Shown here: piece after piece, positions 17,865 to 25,756 of the stretch | Layout: every line of letters starts with the position of its first letter | Position numbering within the stretch: position 1 is the stretch's first letter | IMG/VR virus record: IMGVR_UViG_3300014818_000019 | Coordinates: 1-32,182 of that record | From: a virus | Lineage: Duplodnaviria > Caudoviricetes | Direction: 5' to 3' (one strand) | Length of the DNA: 32,182 bases | Position numbers and translations under genes: made by a program | The notes under the pieces: model-generated | What the model saw: the letters and a program-made list of their open reading frames with translations, nothing else | Database searches by the model: none | Told to the model about the DNA's origin: nothing

Positions 17865-18012
17865 CTTCCAGCTTCGCTTTTAGCTCCAGCCATTTACCTT
17901 GGTAGAAGTCGGCAAACTTATGTTTGTTGTTTACTGCGTCCTCGTAGATCGCCATCTCAGTACGAATAGCCTCGACCTTTTTGGCCTTGGCTAGCTTTGC
18001 TTTTAAATCCAT
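17857..18012 (-). CDS. Hypothetical protein, 51 aa (MDLKAKLAKAKKVEAIRTEM...), not in ORF track
   Basis: Open frame on the - strand whose stop overlaps the holin stop. Confidence 0.5.
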   Translation of the reverse strand: MDLKAKLAKAKKVEAIRTEMAIYEDAVNNKHKFADFYQGKWLELKAKLEAI

Positions 18013-18080
18013 TCGATTAAACCCCATAAAATAATTGTGATTAGCCCGATAACAGATTCTATCGGGAATTGGTCTTCCAT
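18003..18080 (-). CDS. Possible 25 aa membrane peptide (MEDQFPIESVIGLITIILWGLIEWI)
   Basis: GGCGG upstream, hydrophobic core, overlaps the next ORF start; very short. Confidence 0.3.
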   Translation of the reverse strand: MEDQFPIESVIGLITIILWGLIEWI

Positions 18081-18111
18081 TACTGCCGCCTAAAAGTGGC
18101 GTATTATACGC

Positions 18112-18375
18112 TTATATCTTATCTAAATACGCATTAATTATCACTCGACGCCTTGCTCGTATAACAGCGACTAGCCCTTGTTTTTGCACAGCTCCACGGC
18201 ACATATCCGCACTACGGCCTAACGCCTTGCCGCATTGAGCAAGTGAAGCGCCAAGTAAACGAAGCTCGATTAATGTCTCAATCTCCTCCTGATCCCATGG
18301 TGTCCTCTTGCTACGGCGCTTGACTACTGGCGCCTTTAAGCTGGCTGGCAGGGTAGGTTTAAATACTAAACTCAT
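18112..18375 (-). CDS. Putative HTH DNA-binding protein
   Basis: W.QEE...L..L...G.S....GKALGRS pattern (Myb/GcrA-like HTH). Confidence 0.55.
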   Translation of the reverse strand: MSLVFKPTLPASLKAPVVKRRSKRTPWDQEEIETLIELRLLGASLAQCGKALGRSADMCRGAVQKQGLVAVIRARRRVIINAYLDKI

Positions 18376-18734
18376 AATAATCCCTCTTCATGTTCAGGTA
18401 ACTCCTCACCTTCAGCATCATCTGGCTTCCAGCCTTCACAGTCACAGACATACCTGCCTGAGCTATGACTAGATGATCTATCGAAGCCGTGAGGCGCGTC
18501 TGGGTGGTCTGAGCATACTGGGTCGCCAAAGCTGCGCACTGGCCCTTCAAACGTAGGCGCAGCGTCATAATCATCTTCCTGAATCACATACCCCATACCT
18601 CTGAGGAAGTTCTCGAAGCGCAGCATCATCGCAAAGAGACTCATGTTCGTACCATCAAACGTCATTTGTAGATAGTGACCATCGGCTGATCTTGAGCTAA
18701 ATTTGATTATGTCCTGTGGTTCTTTATTCATCAT
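18372..18734 (-). CDS. Hypothetical protein
   Basis: GGAGG RBS and ATGA overlap; C-terminal CSDHPDAPHGF...YVCDC metal-binding-like segment. Confidence 0.65.
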   Translation of the reverse strand: MMNKEPQDIIKFSSRSADGHYLQMTFDGTNMSLFAMMLRFENFLRGMGYVIQEDDYDAAPTFEGPVRSFGDPVCSDHPDAPHGFDRSSSHSSGRYVCDCEGWKPDDAEGEELPEHEEGLL

Positions 18735-18819
18735 TCACCTCCTGCTCCCACAGGTAACAATACCCATCAGCTACTTGCTGATAGAAGTTTGCTAGTTCTT
18801 GTGCTGTGAATGTGTTCAT
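18724..18819 (-). CDS. Hypothetical protein, 31 aa (MNTFTAQELANFYQQVADG...), not in ORF track
   Basis: AAGGAG RBS, ATGA overlap, tiles the gap. Confidence 0.45.
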   Translation of the reverse strand: MNTFTAQELANFYQQVADGYCYLWEQEVNDE

Positions 18820-18983
18820 TTCTCTAGCTCCTTCCTGCAATCTACAAACTCAACATCTGTGCTAGGCGATAAGCCCAGCTTAGTGCGGTCTTTTAGCTTA
18901 ACTTTCTTGCCGAAAATCTTGTCGTAATTGTCCGCGAACTGTTGGTTCATCGGCTTGCTTACTGGTTTGTCTTTTGCGCTCAT
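18816..18983 (-). CDS. Hypothetical protein, 55 aa (MSAKDKPVSKPMNQQFADNYDKIFGKK...), not in ORF track
   Basis: GGAG RBS and ATGA overlaps at both ends. Confidence 0.6.
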   Translation of the reverse strand: MSAKDKPVSKPMNQQFADNYDKIFGKKVKLKDRTKLGLSPSTDVEFVDCRKELEK

Positions 18984-19351
18984 TTTGGCAGTCTCCCTGT
19001 AAATGACGAATCTTTTTTTATAACATACTCACCGCGCTGCATGATGATTATGACCTTTTCTAAGTGTGGGCAGTGTATCGCAACATGGCGCGGCGTGGTT
19101 GATGCATATACGTGACAATTATTTACTATATTGTCACCATATTCACTAGAAACTTGTATTGCTCCTATGGCAACAAATTTATCTCTACTGTATTTAAGTT
19201 TAGCCAGCGCTGCGGAATAACGATAATTCCAAACCGTATTTTCTGGGATTTTATTAGAATACATTTGGCTAGGTGTTAGCGATTTGCCAATTGCAGAGGC
19301 TCCAGCTAACCTATAGCCACCTTCATTTGTTGTTGCATTTGCAGTAGTCAT
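18980..19351 (-). CDS. Hypothetical protein
   Basis: GAGGAG RBS and ATGA overlaps. Confidence 0.65.
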   Translation of the reverse strand: MTTANATTNEGGYRLAGASAIGKSLTPSQMYSNKIPENTVWNYRYSAALAKLKYSRDKFVAIGAIQVSSEYGDNIVNNCHVYASTTPRHVAIHCPHLEKVIIIMQRGEYVIKKDSSFTGRLPK

Positions 19352-19545
19352 TCTGTTAACTCCTCAATTGTTACCCCTAACTCTTTAGCAAGGGCCAAAT
19401 CTTCCGCGTGGCGGCGTTTCTCGGTGAAGGCTAGGTTATCACCTTGCTTCTTTGATTCCACCTTGGAAACGCCTCTAGCCTCCCTCCGCAGCTTTGTGCG
19501 CAGGGCTTTATTAATGCTTACTGTAATGCTGTCTTGGTAGCTCAA
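19348..19545 (-). CDS. Hypothetical basic protein
   Basis: GGAGGAGG RBS, TTG start, overlaps neighbours. Confidence 0.6.
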   Translation of the reverse strand: MSYQDSITVSINKALRTKLRREARGVSKVESKKQGDNLAFTEKRRHAEDLALAKELGVTIEELTE

Positions 19546-19814
19546 TGCACCTCCTCCGCGTGATAAAAATCAGCGGCTTCGTTAACTAATTCAACAAAGC
19601 GGCTTGCTACTCGCTCAGGGTTTAAAACATTGTTTGGGTCTTCATCTAATACGCTTCGCACTAGCTCAGTAAATTCATTAATGAATTGAGGGCCAACCAG
19701 CTCGTTAGAAATGCTTTCTGCGGTGTGGGTGGTACTACCATCCTCAACCATCCCATCATCTGCTAGCAGCTCTTTAAAGCGGTCTAAGGCTATTTGATAA
19801 TCGTAGTCATTCAT
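19542..19814 (-). CDS. Hypothetical acidic protein
   Basis: 90 aa Asp/Glu-rich ORF tiling the operon. Confidence 0.65.
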   Translation of the reverse strand: MNDYDYQIALDRFKELLADDGMVEDGSTTHTAESISNELVGPQFINEFTELVRSVLDEDPNNVLNPERVASRFVELVNEAADFYHAEEVH

Positions 19815-19817
19815 AAG

Positions 19818-19964
19818 TTACCCCAGTAATACGTCAATTGAAAAGATGATACAGCCTGCACCGATTAAAGCACCAAGCACTGATACAACAAAGGTTGCTA
19901 TTTTGTCATTGCGGATTTGAGCTTTCACTTCTTTAGTTTCTTGTAAATATCTGTAGTCGGTCAT
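19818..19964 (-). CDS. Small membrane protein (start revised to MTDYRY...)
   Basis: TAGGAG RBS before ATG 19964; C-terminal TM helix. Confidence 0.6.
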   Translation of the reverse strand: MTDYRYLQETKEVKAQIRNDKIATFVVSVLGALIGAGCIIFSIDVLLG

Positions 19965-19974
19965 GGTGTTGCTC

Positions 19975-20274
19975 CTAAAAGTTTTGAATAAGTAAGCCAG
20001 TTTCAAAATCAATCACAATGGTCATGGCTGTTAATTCTTCCAAATCTTCAATTTCTAATTCTTTATTATTTGATTGAACATCTTCAATATCTCCATATTC
20101 CGAGAAATCACAGCAAATAGCGATAACATCTAAATGAAAAGATGTACCTTGTTCATCGTTTATTTCTTCTAGGTAATCGTACAAGGCAGTCAGTGCTTGG
20201 TATGAAAATTGGTCTGGTCGGATATCGTTAAATTCTTGAATGAATTCGCTAACGGTTAAATCTTTGTAAATCAT
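19975..20274 (-). CDS. Acidic hypothetical early protein (FSY.AL.AL.DYLEE...LDVIAICCDFSEY)
   Basis: GGAG RBS; motif resembles a widespread uncharacterised phage early-gene family. Confidence 0.75.
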   Translation of the reverse strand: MIYKDLTVSEFIQEFNDIRPDQFSYQALTALYDYLEEINDEQGTSFHLDVIAICCDFSEYGDIEDVQSNNKELEIEDLEELTAMTIVIDFETGLLIQNF

Positions 20275-20286
20275 GTGATACTCCGT

Positions 20287-20300
20287 GGGGCCGAAGCCCC
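20287..20300 (-). other. GGGGC-TTCG-GCCCC hairpin (cUUCGg tetraloop) between early genes
   Basis: Perfect 5 bp GC stem on the - strand, followed by the RBS of the next gene rather than a U tract. Confidence 0.7.
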
Positions 20301-20310
20301 TATTGGTTGG

Positions 20311-20487
20311 TTAGGCTGCTACTGCGTGGAAGTGCTTGTTGGCGCATCGGTTGTTTGTGTCTATGATGTAATCTCTAACCTCAATTGCAGCACCGATTGT
20401 TGGGCGGTTAGTCAAAATCCTCTCACCTGAACGAATGTCGAATTGAGTAGGGGATACTTCAATGATTTCGATTACTTGAGTATTCAT
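20311..20487 (-). CDS. Hypothetical protein, 58 aa (MNTQVIEIIEVSPTQFDIRSGE...HFHAVAA), not in ORF track
   Basis: AAGGT RBS and A-rich leader; first ORF behind the promoter at 20527-20556. Confidence 0.65.
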   Translation of the reverse strand: MNTQVIEIIEVSPTQFDIRSGERILTNRPTIGAAIEVRDYIIDTNNRCANKHFHAVAA

Positions 20488-20526
20488 AATTAATTACCTT
20501 TTTGTTTATTTATTTAACTTATGATA

Positions 20527-20556
20527 ATTATATACCTTTTAAGGTTTCTTTGTAAA
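20527..20556 (-). promoter_or_regulatory. Sigma70-type early promoter
   Basis: - strand TTTACA-N18-TATAAT (20556-20551 and 20532-20527). Confidence 0.75.
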
Positions 20557-20899
20557 CACTTTCAGCAACTATTTTAGCATTATTGAAACCAGCACAAATA
20601 AACGTCTTATGCCCTACGCTTTCAAGATAGGCTAGCCACTCCTTTTGCTTGTCGCTTGTACGACCGCCTTTTGAGCGTTTCATTTCTACCCAAGTATTCC
20701 AAGCAGGGATAAATAAATCGGGTACGCCAGCACTAACGCCCTCGGCCTTTAATCTTGCGCCAGCACTCTTTGATCTGCTTTCGCCATTTGGTATGGCGAA
20801 AATTCGCACATCTTTATAGGTGCGCCTAAACCATTGAATGAACAAAACCTGTTCTTGGTGCTCGGTGGGCACTTTTAAAACGGGATTATCGGTATCCAT
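20528..20899 (-). CDS. VRR-NUC domain nuclease
   Basis: EH.EQ, FAIPNG, GVSAGVPDL, WVEMK and Q..W...L motifs. Start revised to ATG 20899. Confidence 0.88.
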   Translation of the reverse strand: MDTDNPVLKVPTEHQEQVLFIQWFRRTYKDVRIFAIPNGESRSKSAGARLKAEGVSAGVPDLFIPAWNTWVEMKRSKGGRTSDKQKEWLAYLESVGHKTFICAGFNNAKIVAESVYKETLKGI

Positions 20900-21078
20900 A
20901 ATTCGCACTGGTTTGTTGTTTGGGCGAAATCTTCTGGCGGCGTGATTAGGTATTCTCGGCATATTCCTTCCTCGGTGTAGCTGTCGCAAGTGTGGCAGCA
21001 TTCAGGCTCTTTAATCTCTTTTATGGCGCTAACTTGATTATAATATTCACTCACTATTAGCGGTGTTTTATGGCGCAT
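20875..21078 (-). CDS. Small Cys-rich protein (CCHTC...C...C), 67 aa
   Basis: AGGAGG RBS before ATG 21078; overlaps the helicase stop. Confidence 0.65.
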   Translation of the reverse strand: MRHKTPLIVSEYYNQVSAIKEIKEPECCHTCDSYTEEGICREYLITPPEDFAQTTNQCELWIPIIPF

Positions 21079-22666
21079 AATTCCTCCTAATGATGTTAAA
21101 AAACTTTCCATTCTTTTCGTATTCGATAACTGCTGGCGGTGGGGATTCATTGAATATGTCGGCCGCATCTTCTAAATCGGCGGCTTCCACTAGATCACTA
21201 TGGCAACCTGAACCATGAGCAATAGTGTTTACTACGCCAAGTGCCCTTTGCCCTGCGTAGCCGCCGTGGGTGATGCAATGGTATTCGGTTATCGGCTTGT
21301 CGCTCAATGCGGGGCCGTAATAAGTCGTTCTAAGCATAACATTACCTGCTCGGCTGGTGTATTCGTCCCACTGCCAACTTTTAACGGCCATTTTTAATAG
21401 GCTATCGCTGCCCATGATGCAATCGTTATGCAGTTCAAGCGCCACTTTATCATCGGCTTTAGGAAATTCATGGCCGCATTCTGGGCAAATCATTACCGAT
21501 ATATGCACAATCTCGTCACAGTTATCGCATATTTTTATTGGCGCTTCGCCGTCACCAGCTCCGCCAGCCTTTTGGGGCGGCTCTACGCGCGTTATAGGCC
21601 CGTGGATGGATATATTGCCAGCAAAGTCTAGCACCAAACAATGGTCTGTATGGCTCTTAGGACGCAATCCTCGTCCTGCCATTTGCACATATAAAGCTGG
21701 TGATAGCGTGGGGCGTAGCATGGCTATTAGGTCAATATCAGGATAATCAAAACCTGTGGTTAAAACATTAGCATTAGTTAGTGCCTTAATTTCGCCTGCT
21801 TTAAATTTAGCTATAATTTCGGCTCTGTCTTTTAATGATGTTTTGCCCGTCACCGTTTCGGCTGTTATACCTTCATCACGTAACGCCTGTGCTATATGTT
21901 CAGCATGGTCTACGCCAGCACAAAAGAATAGCCAGCTTTTGCGGTTGCCTGCCCTGTTGATAACTTCGTGTATAACTTTGCTATTGGTGTCGTAGTTATC
22001 CACAGCCGCTTGCAATTCGCTTTCGATATACTCACCGCCTCGCTTATGAACACCACTGGTGTCCAGCTCGGTAGTCGTGCTTTTGCTGCGAAGCGTGGCA
22101 AGGTGGCCTTTATAAATCAATTCCTCAATCGTTACCGGCTCCAGCCGATCATCAAACAGTGCCTCCCCGTCATCTATATAGCCATGCCCTAGGCGGTAGG
22201 GTGTGGCAGTTAGCCCCACCACTCGCAAGGCTGGATTAATCTCTAGTAACTGGCCTATTAGTTCACGGTAGCCACCTTCGGCTTTATGGCTAATAAGATG
22301 ACATTCATCCACAATAATTAGATCAATGTGACCTATGTCATTGGCCCGTTTTCGTATGGATTGAATACCGGCAAAAGTAATCGGCTCGCTTAGGTTCTTT
22401 TGGCGCAGCCCCGCGCTATAAATACCCATTGGCGCACCCTTCCAACATTGACGCATTTTTTGGGCGTTTTGCTCTATTAGTTCTTTAACATGCGTTAACA
22501 TTAGAACCCGCGTTTCAGGCCATTGCGTTAGCGCATCTTTGCATAGCTCGGCTACAATATGGCTCTTGCCACTGCCAGTAGGCAGCACCAAACATGGGTT
22601 GCCTTTGTTATTACCGAACCATTCGTAAAGCTGATCTATGGCGCGCTGTTGATAGTCTCTAAGCAT
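21068..22666 (-). CDS. Superfamily 2 helicase (RadD/YejH-like) with zinc finger
   Basis: LRDYQ, PTGSGKS, DECH, TATP, LTTGFD and QMAGRGLR motifs, plus CDNC...CPEC. Confidence 0.93.
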   Translation of the reverse strand: MLRDYQQRAIDQLYEWFGNNKGNPCLVLPTGSGKSHIVAELCKDALTQWPETRVLMLTHVKELIEQNAQKMRQCWKGAPMGIYSAGLRQKNLSEPITFAGIQSIRKRANDIGHIDLIIVDECHLISHKAEGGYRELIGQLLEINPALRVVGLTATPYRLGHGYIDDGEALFDDRLEPVTIEELIYKGHLATLRSKSTTTELDTSGVHKRGGEYIESELQAAVDNYDTNSKVIHEVINRAGNRKSWLFFCAGVDHAEHIAQALRDEGITAETVTGKTSLKDRAEIIAKFKAGEIKALTNANVLTTGFDYPDIDLIAMLRPTLSPALYVQMAGRGLRPKSHTDHCLVLDFAGNISIHGPITRVEPPQKAGGAGDGEAPIKICDNCDEIVHISVMICPECGHEFPKADDKVALELHNDCIMGSDSLLKMAVKSWQWDEYTSRAGNVMLRTTYYGPALSDKPITEYHCITHGGYAGQRALGVVNTIAHGSGCHSDLVEAADLEDAADIFNESPPPAVIEYEKNGKFFNIIRRNYAP

Positions 22667-22838
22667 AAGCCCTGCTCCTGTAATTCAAAATCGACATAAC
22701 CGTGTTGTAATTCACCTCAAATTTACGGGCAATTTCAGCACCCGACACACCCGCTTCTTTTAACTGGCGCATTAACTCAACGTCTTCATTACTCACTTTG
22801 GCGCGGTGATGTGCTTCGCCGTATTTTTGTTTACTCAC
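22659..22838 (-). CDS. Small HTH protein, 59 aa (GEAHHRAKVSNEDVELMRQL...EIARKFEV), not in ORF track
   Basis: GGGAGG RBS, GTGA overlap, fills the gap between nuclease and helicase. Confidence 0.7.
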   Translation of the reverse strand: MSKQKYGEAHHRAKVSNEDVELMRQLKEAGVSGAEIARKFEVNYNTVMSILNYRSRAYA

Positions 22839-23851
22839 CCTACAAACCTCCCACTAAATGCTTTGCGTAATTCGGGCGCTAAATTTTCGGCGCAGGCTTC
22901 TGGGTTAGCTACCACCTCTTTGCCACTAAAACCGCCCTCACCGCAAAGCACTTCTTTGCCGCCAATAATGTAGATGGTATCCCACTCACTGCCTGCTTCT
23001 TTGCGCTCGTATGGCACTAGGTCAGGATGAACAACATGACTATCACAGCCTTGGCGCTGGTACTCTAATGGGATATTGTCGGCATTGTGTCGTTCACATC
23101 GCCAGCTAGAATCTTCGCAAGCGGTAGCATGGGCACAGGTTCGGCAATTTCCTTGCTTCGTGGCTTCGCCTTTGTGGCACATATCGTAGGCAGGACACCA
23201 TTTGCACTGATACCAGTCTTTAGCAGCACCAACACAAGGCTCAGGCATTCTATCACTCAAGGCAATGCGCCTACCTTTCGCCACCAGCTTTTCGGCGTAG
23301 GGTTTATCTAGTTTAATGCGCTCGGTATGCAGTCGGTCATCGTCCTTACATACCGCCAAATATAAAGCGCGGTCCAATTCCATACCTAGCATGTAAACCT
23401 GCATTTGGGCGTAATGTTGCGGCTTACTAGCCTTCACGCCTTTTTTAAGATCATCAAAACTCTTTTTGCTATGGGTTTTAAACTCGGCAATATGCTTTGT
23501 TTTTGGGGCTTCGGGTATTCCTGAATGAATCACACCGTCTACACTGCCGCTAACATGCGCCCCAAAATCTACGCGGAATTGCTGACCTTTATCCAGTGCA
23601 CGAATATCAATGCCGACATTTCGCAAGTCTTTAATAATGGTATCTTCTTCCATGTGGCCCCGCCTAAATAGACGCAATATGCGGCCTTGGAATGGTTCAA
23701 TACTGGCCCATCTAAATGATAGCCATAACCATCGCTCACAATGGTGGCCTAGTGTTGAGCAACCTAAATGCGGCCTTGGCGGTTCCTGTTGTTCTTCGTG
23801 ATAGCTATCTATCATGGCTGATATATGCTGTAATGGTTCTGGGATCTTCAT
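22835..23851 (-). CDS. Cas4-like PD-(D/E)XK exonuclease
   Basis: N-terminal Cys (HHCER), SGSVDG, EFKT, QMQVYM and CKWC....C cluster, plus an extra CRTC...C...C..H module. Confidence 0.85.
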   Translation of the reverse strand: MKIPEPLQHISAMIDSYHEEQQEPPRPHLGCSTLGHHCERWLWLSFRWASIEPFQGRILRLFRRGHMEEDTIIKDLRNVGIDIRALDKGQQFRVDFGAHVSGSVDGVIHSGIPEAPKTKHIAEFKTHSKKSFDDLKKGVKASKPQHYAQMQVYMLGMELDRALYLAVCKDDDRLHTERIKLDKPYAEKLVAKGRRIALSDRMPEPCVGAAKDWYQCKWCPAYDMCHKGEATKQGNCRTCAHATACEDSSWRCERHNADNIPLEYQRQGCDSHVVHPDLVPYERKEAGSEWDTIYIIGGKEVLCGEGGFSGKEVVANPEACAENLAPELRKAFSGRFVG

Positions 23852-23882
23852 AGTTTCCCCTTCCTTTTTGTGTTGAGTGATT

Positions 23883-23911
23883 GACGGGCCTTTAAAGCCC
23901 GTCTTTTTTTT
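23883..23911 (+). terminator. Intrinsic terminator-like hairpin with T8 on the + strand
   Basis: GACGGGC-CTTTAAA-GCCCGTC followed by TTTTTTTT. Confidence 0.6.
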
Positions 23912-23916
23912 GGGCG

Positions 23917-24402
23917 TTATTTAGCCCAAGGTGGAGCGCCAGCAGATGGAGCCGATGCCGCCTGCATTGGTGCAGCCTTTGCCATTGGTGCAGCACCGCC
24001 TTTTAGTGCCTTAAACCCACTTACATCGTTTGATGCATCGTAACCGTTATTGGCTGGTGAAATTTTAACTTTGATTTCAAGCTGGCCGCCGATTAACTGG
24101 TCGGTATCTTCTAAGGATGACAAGCCAATAGCTCGCATAATATCGCCCATTTGCTGCAAGCCAATTTCTTGCGCTTTTGGGTTTGGGTTTCTAAAGTTTA
24201 AGTTACCAAAGATTACGCGGCCTTCATGCGTTGGCCCAGTGACGTTATACCGAATTGCAATATATTGGCCTGTGCCTGCTTTGGTATCCTTAACCTCGGC
24301 ATTTCCAATGGTGCAGCTATACCATCCCGCTGGGATTGGTTCAAAGTTATTATCGCCTTGCGGCATTTCGTTTGTGTTGAATGATTGACCTAAGTTAGCC
24401 AT
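23917..24402 (-). CDS. Single-stranded DNA-binding protein (DUF669-like)
   Basis: PIPAGWY, TKAGTGQY and GR.IF.NLN..NPN motifs; low-complexity tail ending PPWAK; next to a Sak4-like gene. Confidence 0.8.
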   Translation of the reverse strand: MANLGQSFNTNEMPQGDNNFEPIPAGWYSCTIGNAEVKDTKAGTGQYIAIRYNVTGPTHEGRVIFGNLNFRNPNPKAQEIGLQQMGDIMRAIGLSSLEDTDQLIGGQLEIKVKISPANNGYDASNDVSGFKALKGGAAPMAKAAPMQAASAPSAGAPPWAK

Positions 24403-24403
24403 G

Positions 24404-24778
24404 TTAAATTTCCTCTTTTTGAATTAAAAATGATGGGCGACCTTCCTTTGTGGTAATCGCCTCAAGTAATACTTCGGTAATGCTTTGGTCAGCAGCCTTC
24501 CAGCTCACCATGTTGATTGATGGCGTCCATCGGAATAGTTCACCAAGGTGGGCAGTTAACCCCGCCTCCGCTGCCAATTCTTGCAACTTGTCGCCGTCAA
24601 CTTTGCGCACCATGCGCCCAGTTAGTTTCAAGTTATAACCTGAATCACTGATGCTTTTAACGCCTTCAAATGGGTCTGGCGCAAACTGCTCAAGTAATTG
24701 GTCCTCGATTAAGCGCCTCGCATCAACAGCTATTTTTTCCTCTGCCTTTGCTTTTAGCCAGTTGAAGTATAGGTTCAT
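24404..24778 (-). CDS. Conserved hypothetical protein of the Sak4 module
   Basis: W..AK..E, LFRW.P.I and ITTK.GRPSF motifs; GGAGG RBS. Confidence 0.7.
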   Translation of the reverse strand: MNLYFNWLKAKAEEKIAVDARRLIEDQLLEQFAPDPFEGVKSISDSGYNLKLTGRMVRKVDGDKLQELAAEAGLTAHLGELFRWTPSINMVSWKAADQSITEVLLEAITTKEGRPSFLIQKEEI

Positions 24779-25452
24779 ACGTCACCTCCAATCTTTTTAA
24801 TAATTTCACCTAAATCTGGCGCTTCCCATGCGTCTAATTTTCCGCTTCGATCTTTGGCTAGCCATAGGCCGTCCGAATCACACATTAAGGCACGCTGGTT
24901 GCCGCCGTCTGCGTCCTTCTCAACCCGTAAAGCTAACACTTCGTCGAAGAAGTAAGGTAGCTTTTGAGCCGTCTTATTTCCTGGGAGGCTAGGAAAATAA
25001 AGCATTCTGCCCATTTCGTCTTGTTGCTTCTCCAACTTGGCGGTCATTAGTACATGGCGGTTTGGTAGGTCACGAAAAGCACGAATAATCTCGCTTAACT
25101 GAACGTCCATCTCGCCGTATGCTGCTCGCCCGTCCTTATTTACCTTCTTTTCGTGGGCTAAAACCACCTCGGCAATTTCGCTGATACTATCTAAAGTTAC
25201 TGATTGAAAGTCTTTTGCTTCACTCGATTCAGTCAGCCAGCTATAGGCTTCGTGCATGTCGGCAATACTTTTGATCTCAATAAATGGTATATTGCTGTCA
25301 CTAATTGACAACAAACCACCTTCGACACTTAATACCACTGGAGCTGGCAGCGTCTTTACTAGGCTTGTTTTGCCAGCGCCAGCAGCACCGTAAACCAAAA
25401 CCTTTAAACCATGAGCGTGTAGTTCGCCCGTATTTTTTAGCTGAATAGCCAT
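24775..25452 (-). CDS. Sak4-like recombination ATPase (AAA_24)
   Basis: YGAAGAGKT Walker A, LDSISE Walker B, AKDRSG C-terminal motif; GAGGA RBS. Confidence 0.88.
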   Translation of the reverse strand: MAIQLKNTGELHAHGLKVLVYGAAGAGKTSLVKTLPAPVVLSVEGGLLSISDSNIPFIEIKSIADMHEAYSWLTESSEAKDFQSVTLDSISEIAEVVLAHEKKVNKDGRAAYGEMDVQLSEIIRAFRDLPNRHVLMTAKLEKQQDEMGRMLYFPSLPGNKTAQKLPYFFDEVLALRVEKDADGGNQRALMCDSDGLWLAKDRSGKLDAWEAPDLGEIIKKIGGDV

Positions 25453-25500
25453 TGTAGTTCCTCTTTGTTAACAGGTTGGTCAGTGAATCTGCTTAACCTG

Positions 25501-25539
25501 TGTTTACATTATATACCCATTAGTATAAAATTGTAAACA
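25501..25539. promoter_or_regulatory. Overlapping divergent sigma70 promoters within a TGTTTACA...TGTAAACA inverted repeat
   Basis: + strand TTTACA(25503-08)-N17-TAAAAT(25526-31); - strand TTTACA(25537-32)-N18-TATAAT(25513-08). Confidence 0.75.
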
Positions 25540-25573
25540 TCTTAATATAAATTAATTAGCACAAGGAAAAACC

Positions 25574-25756
25574 ATGACATTAGAACAAATCAAATCACGG
25601 CTTGAGGCATATAACCTTCGTAAGGTGGCCGATGCCTGTGACCTCCATTACAATGCTTTGACTCGGTTAATGCGTGGCGATACTGACCCACGTTATTCGA
25701 CCGTACAAAAATTAAGCATGTATTTGGAGGCGCAAGAAAATGGCAAAAATATTTGA
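25574..25756 (+). CDS. Cro-like HTH transcriptional regulator
   Basis: 60 aa with LRKVA...DLHYNAL.RL..G..DPRYSTVQKL; AAGGA RBS; first gene after the divergent promoter. Confidence 0.8.
   Translation: MTLEQIKSRLEAYNLRKVADACDLHYNALTRLMRGDTDPRYSTVQKLSMYLEAQENGKNI

Noticed and set aside
18045-18066. CCCGATA...TATCGGG inverted repeat as the convergent terminator
   Set aside because: 8 nt loop, no U tract on either strand, and it lies within a possible small ORF.
17857-25756. Lysogeny module
   Set aside because: No integrase, CI-like peptidase repressor or ParA seen. The ParB-domain gene is of the terminase-associated type rather than a partition system.
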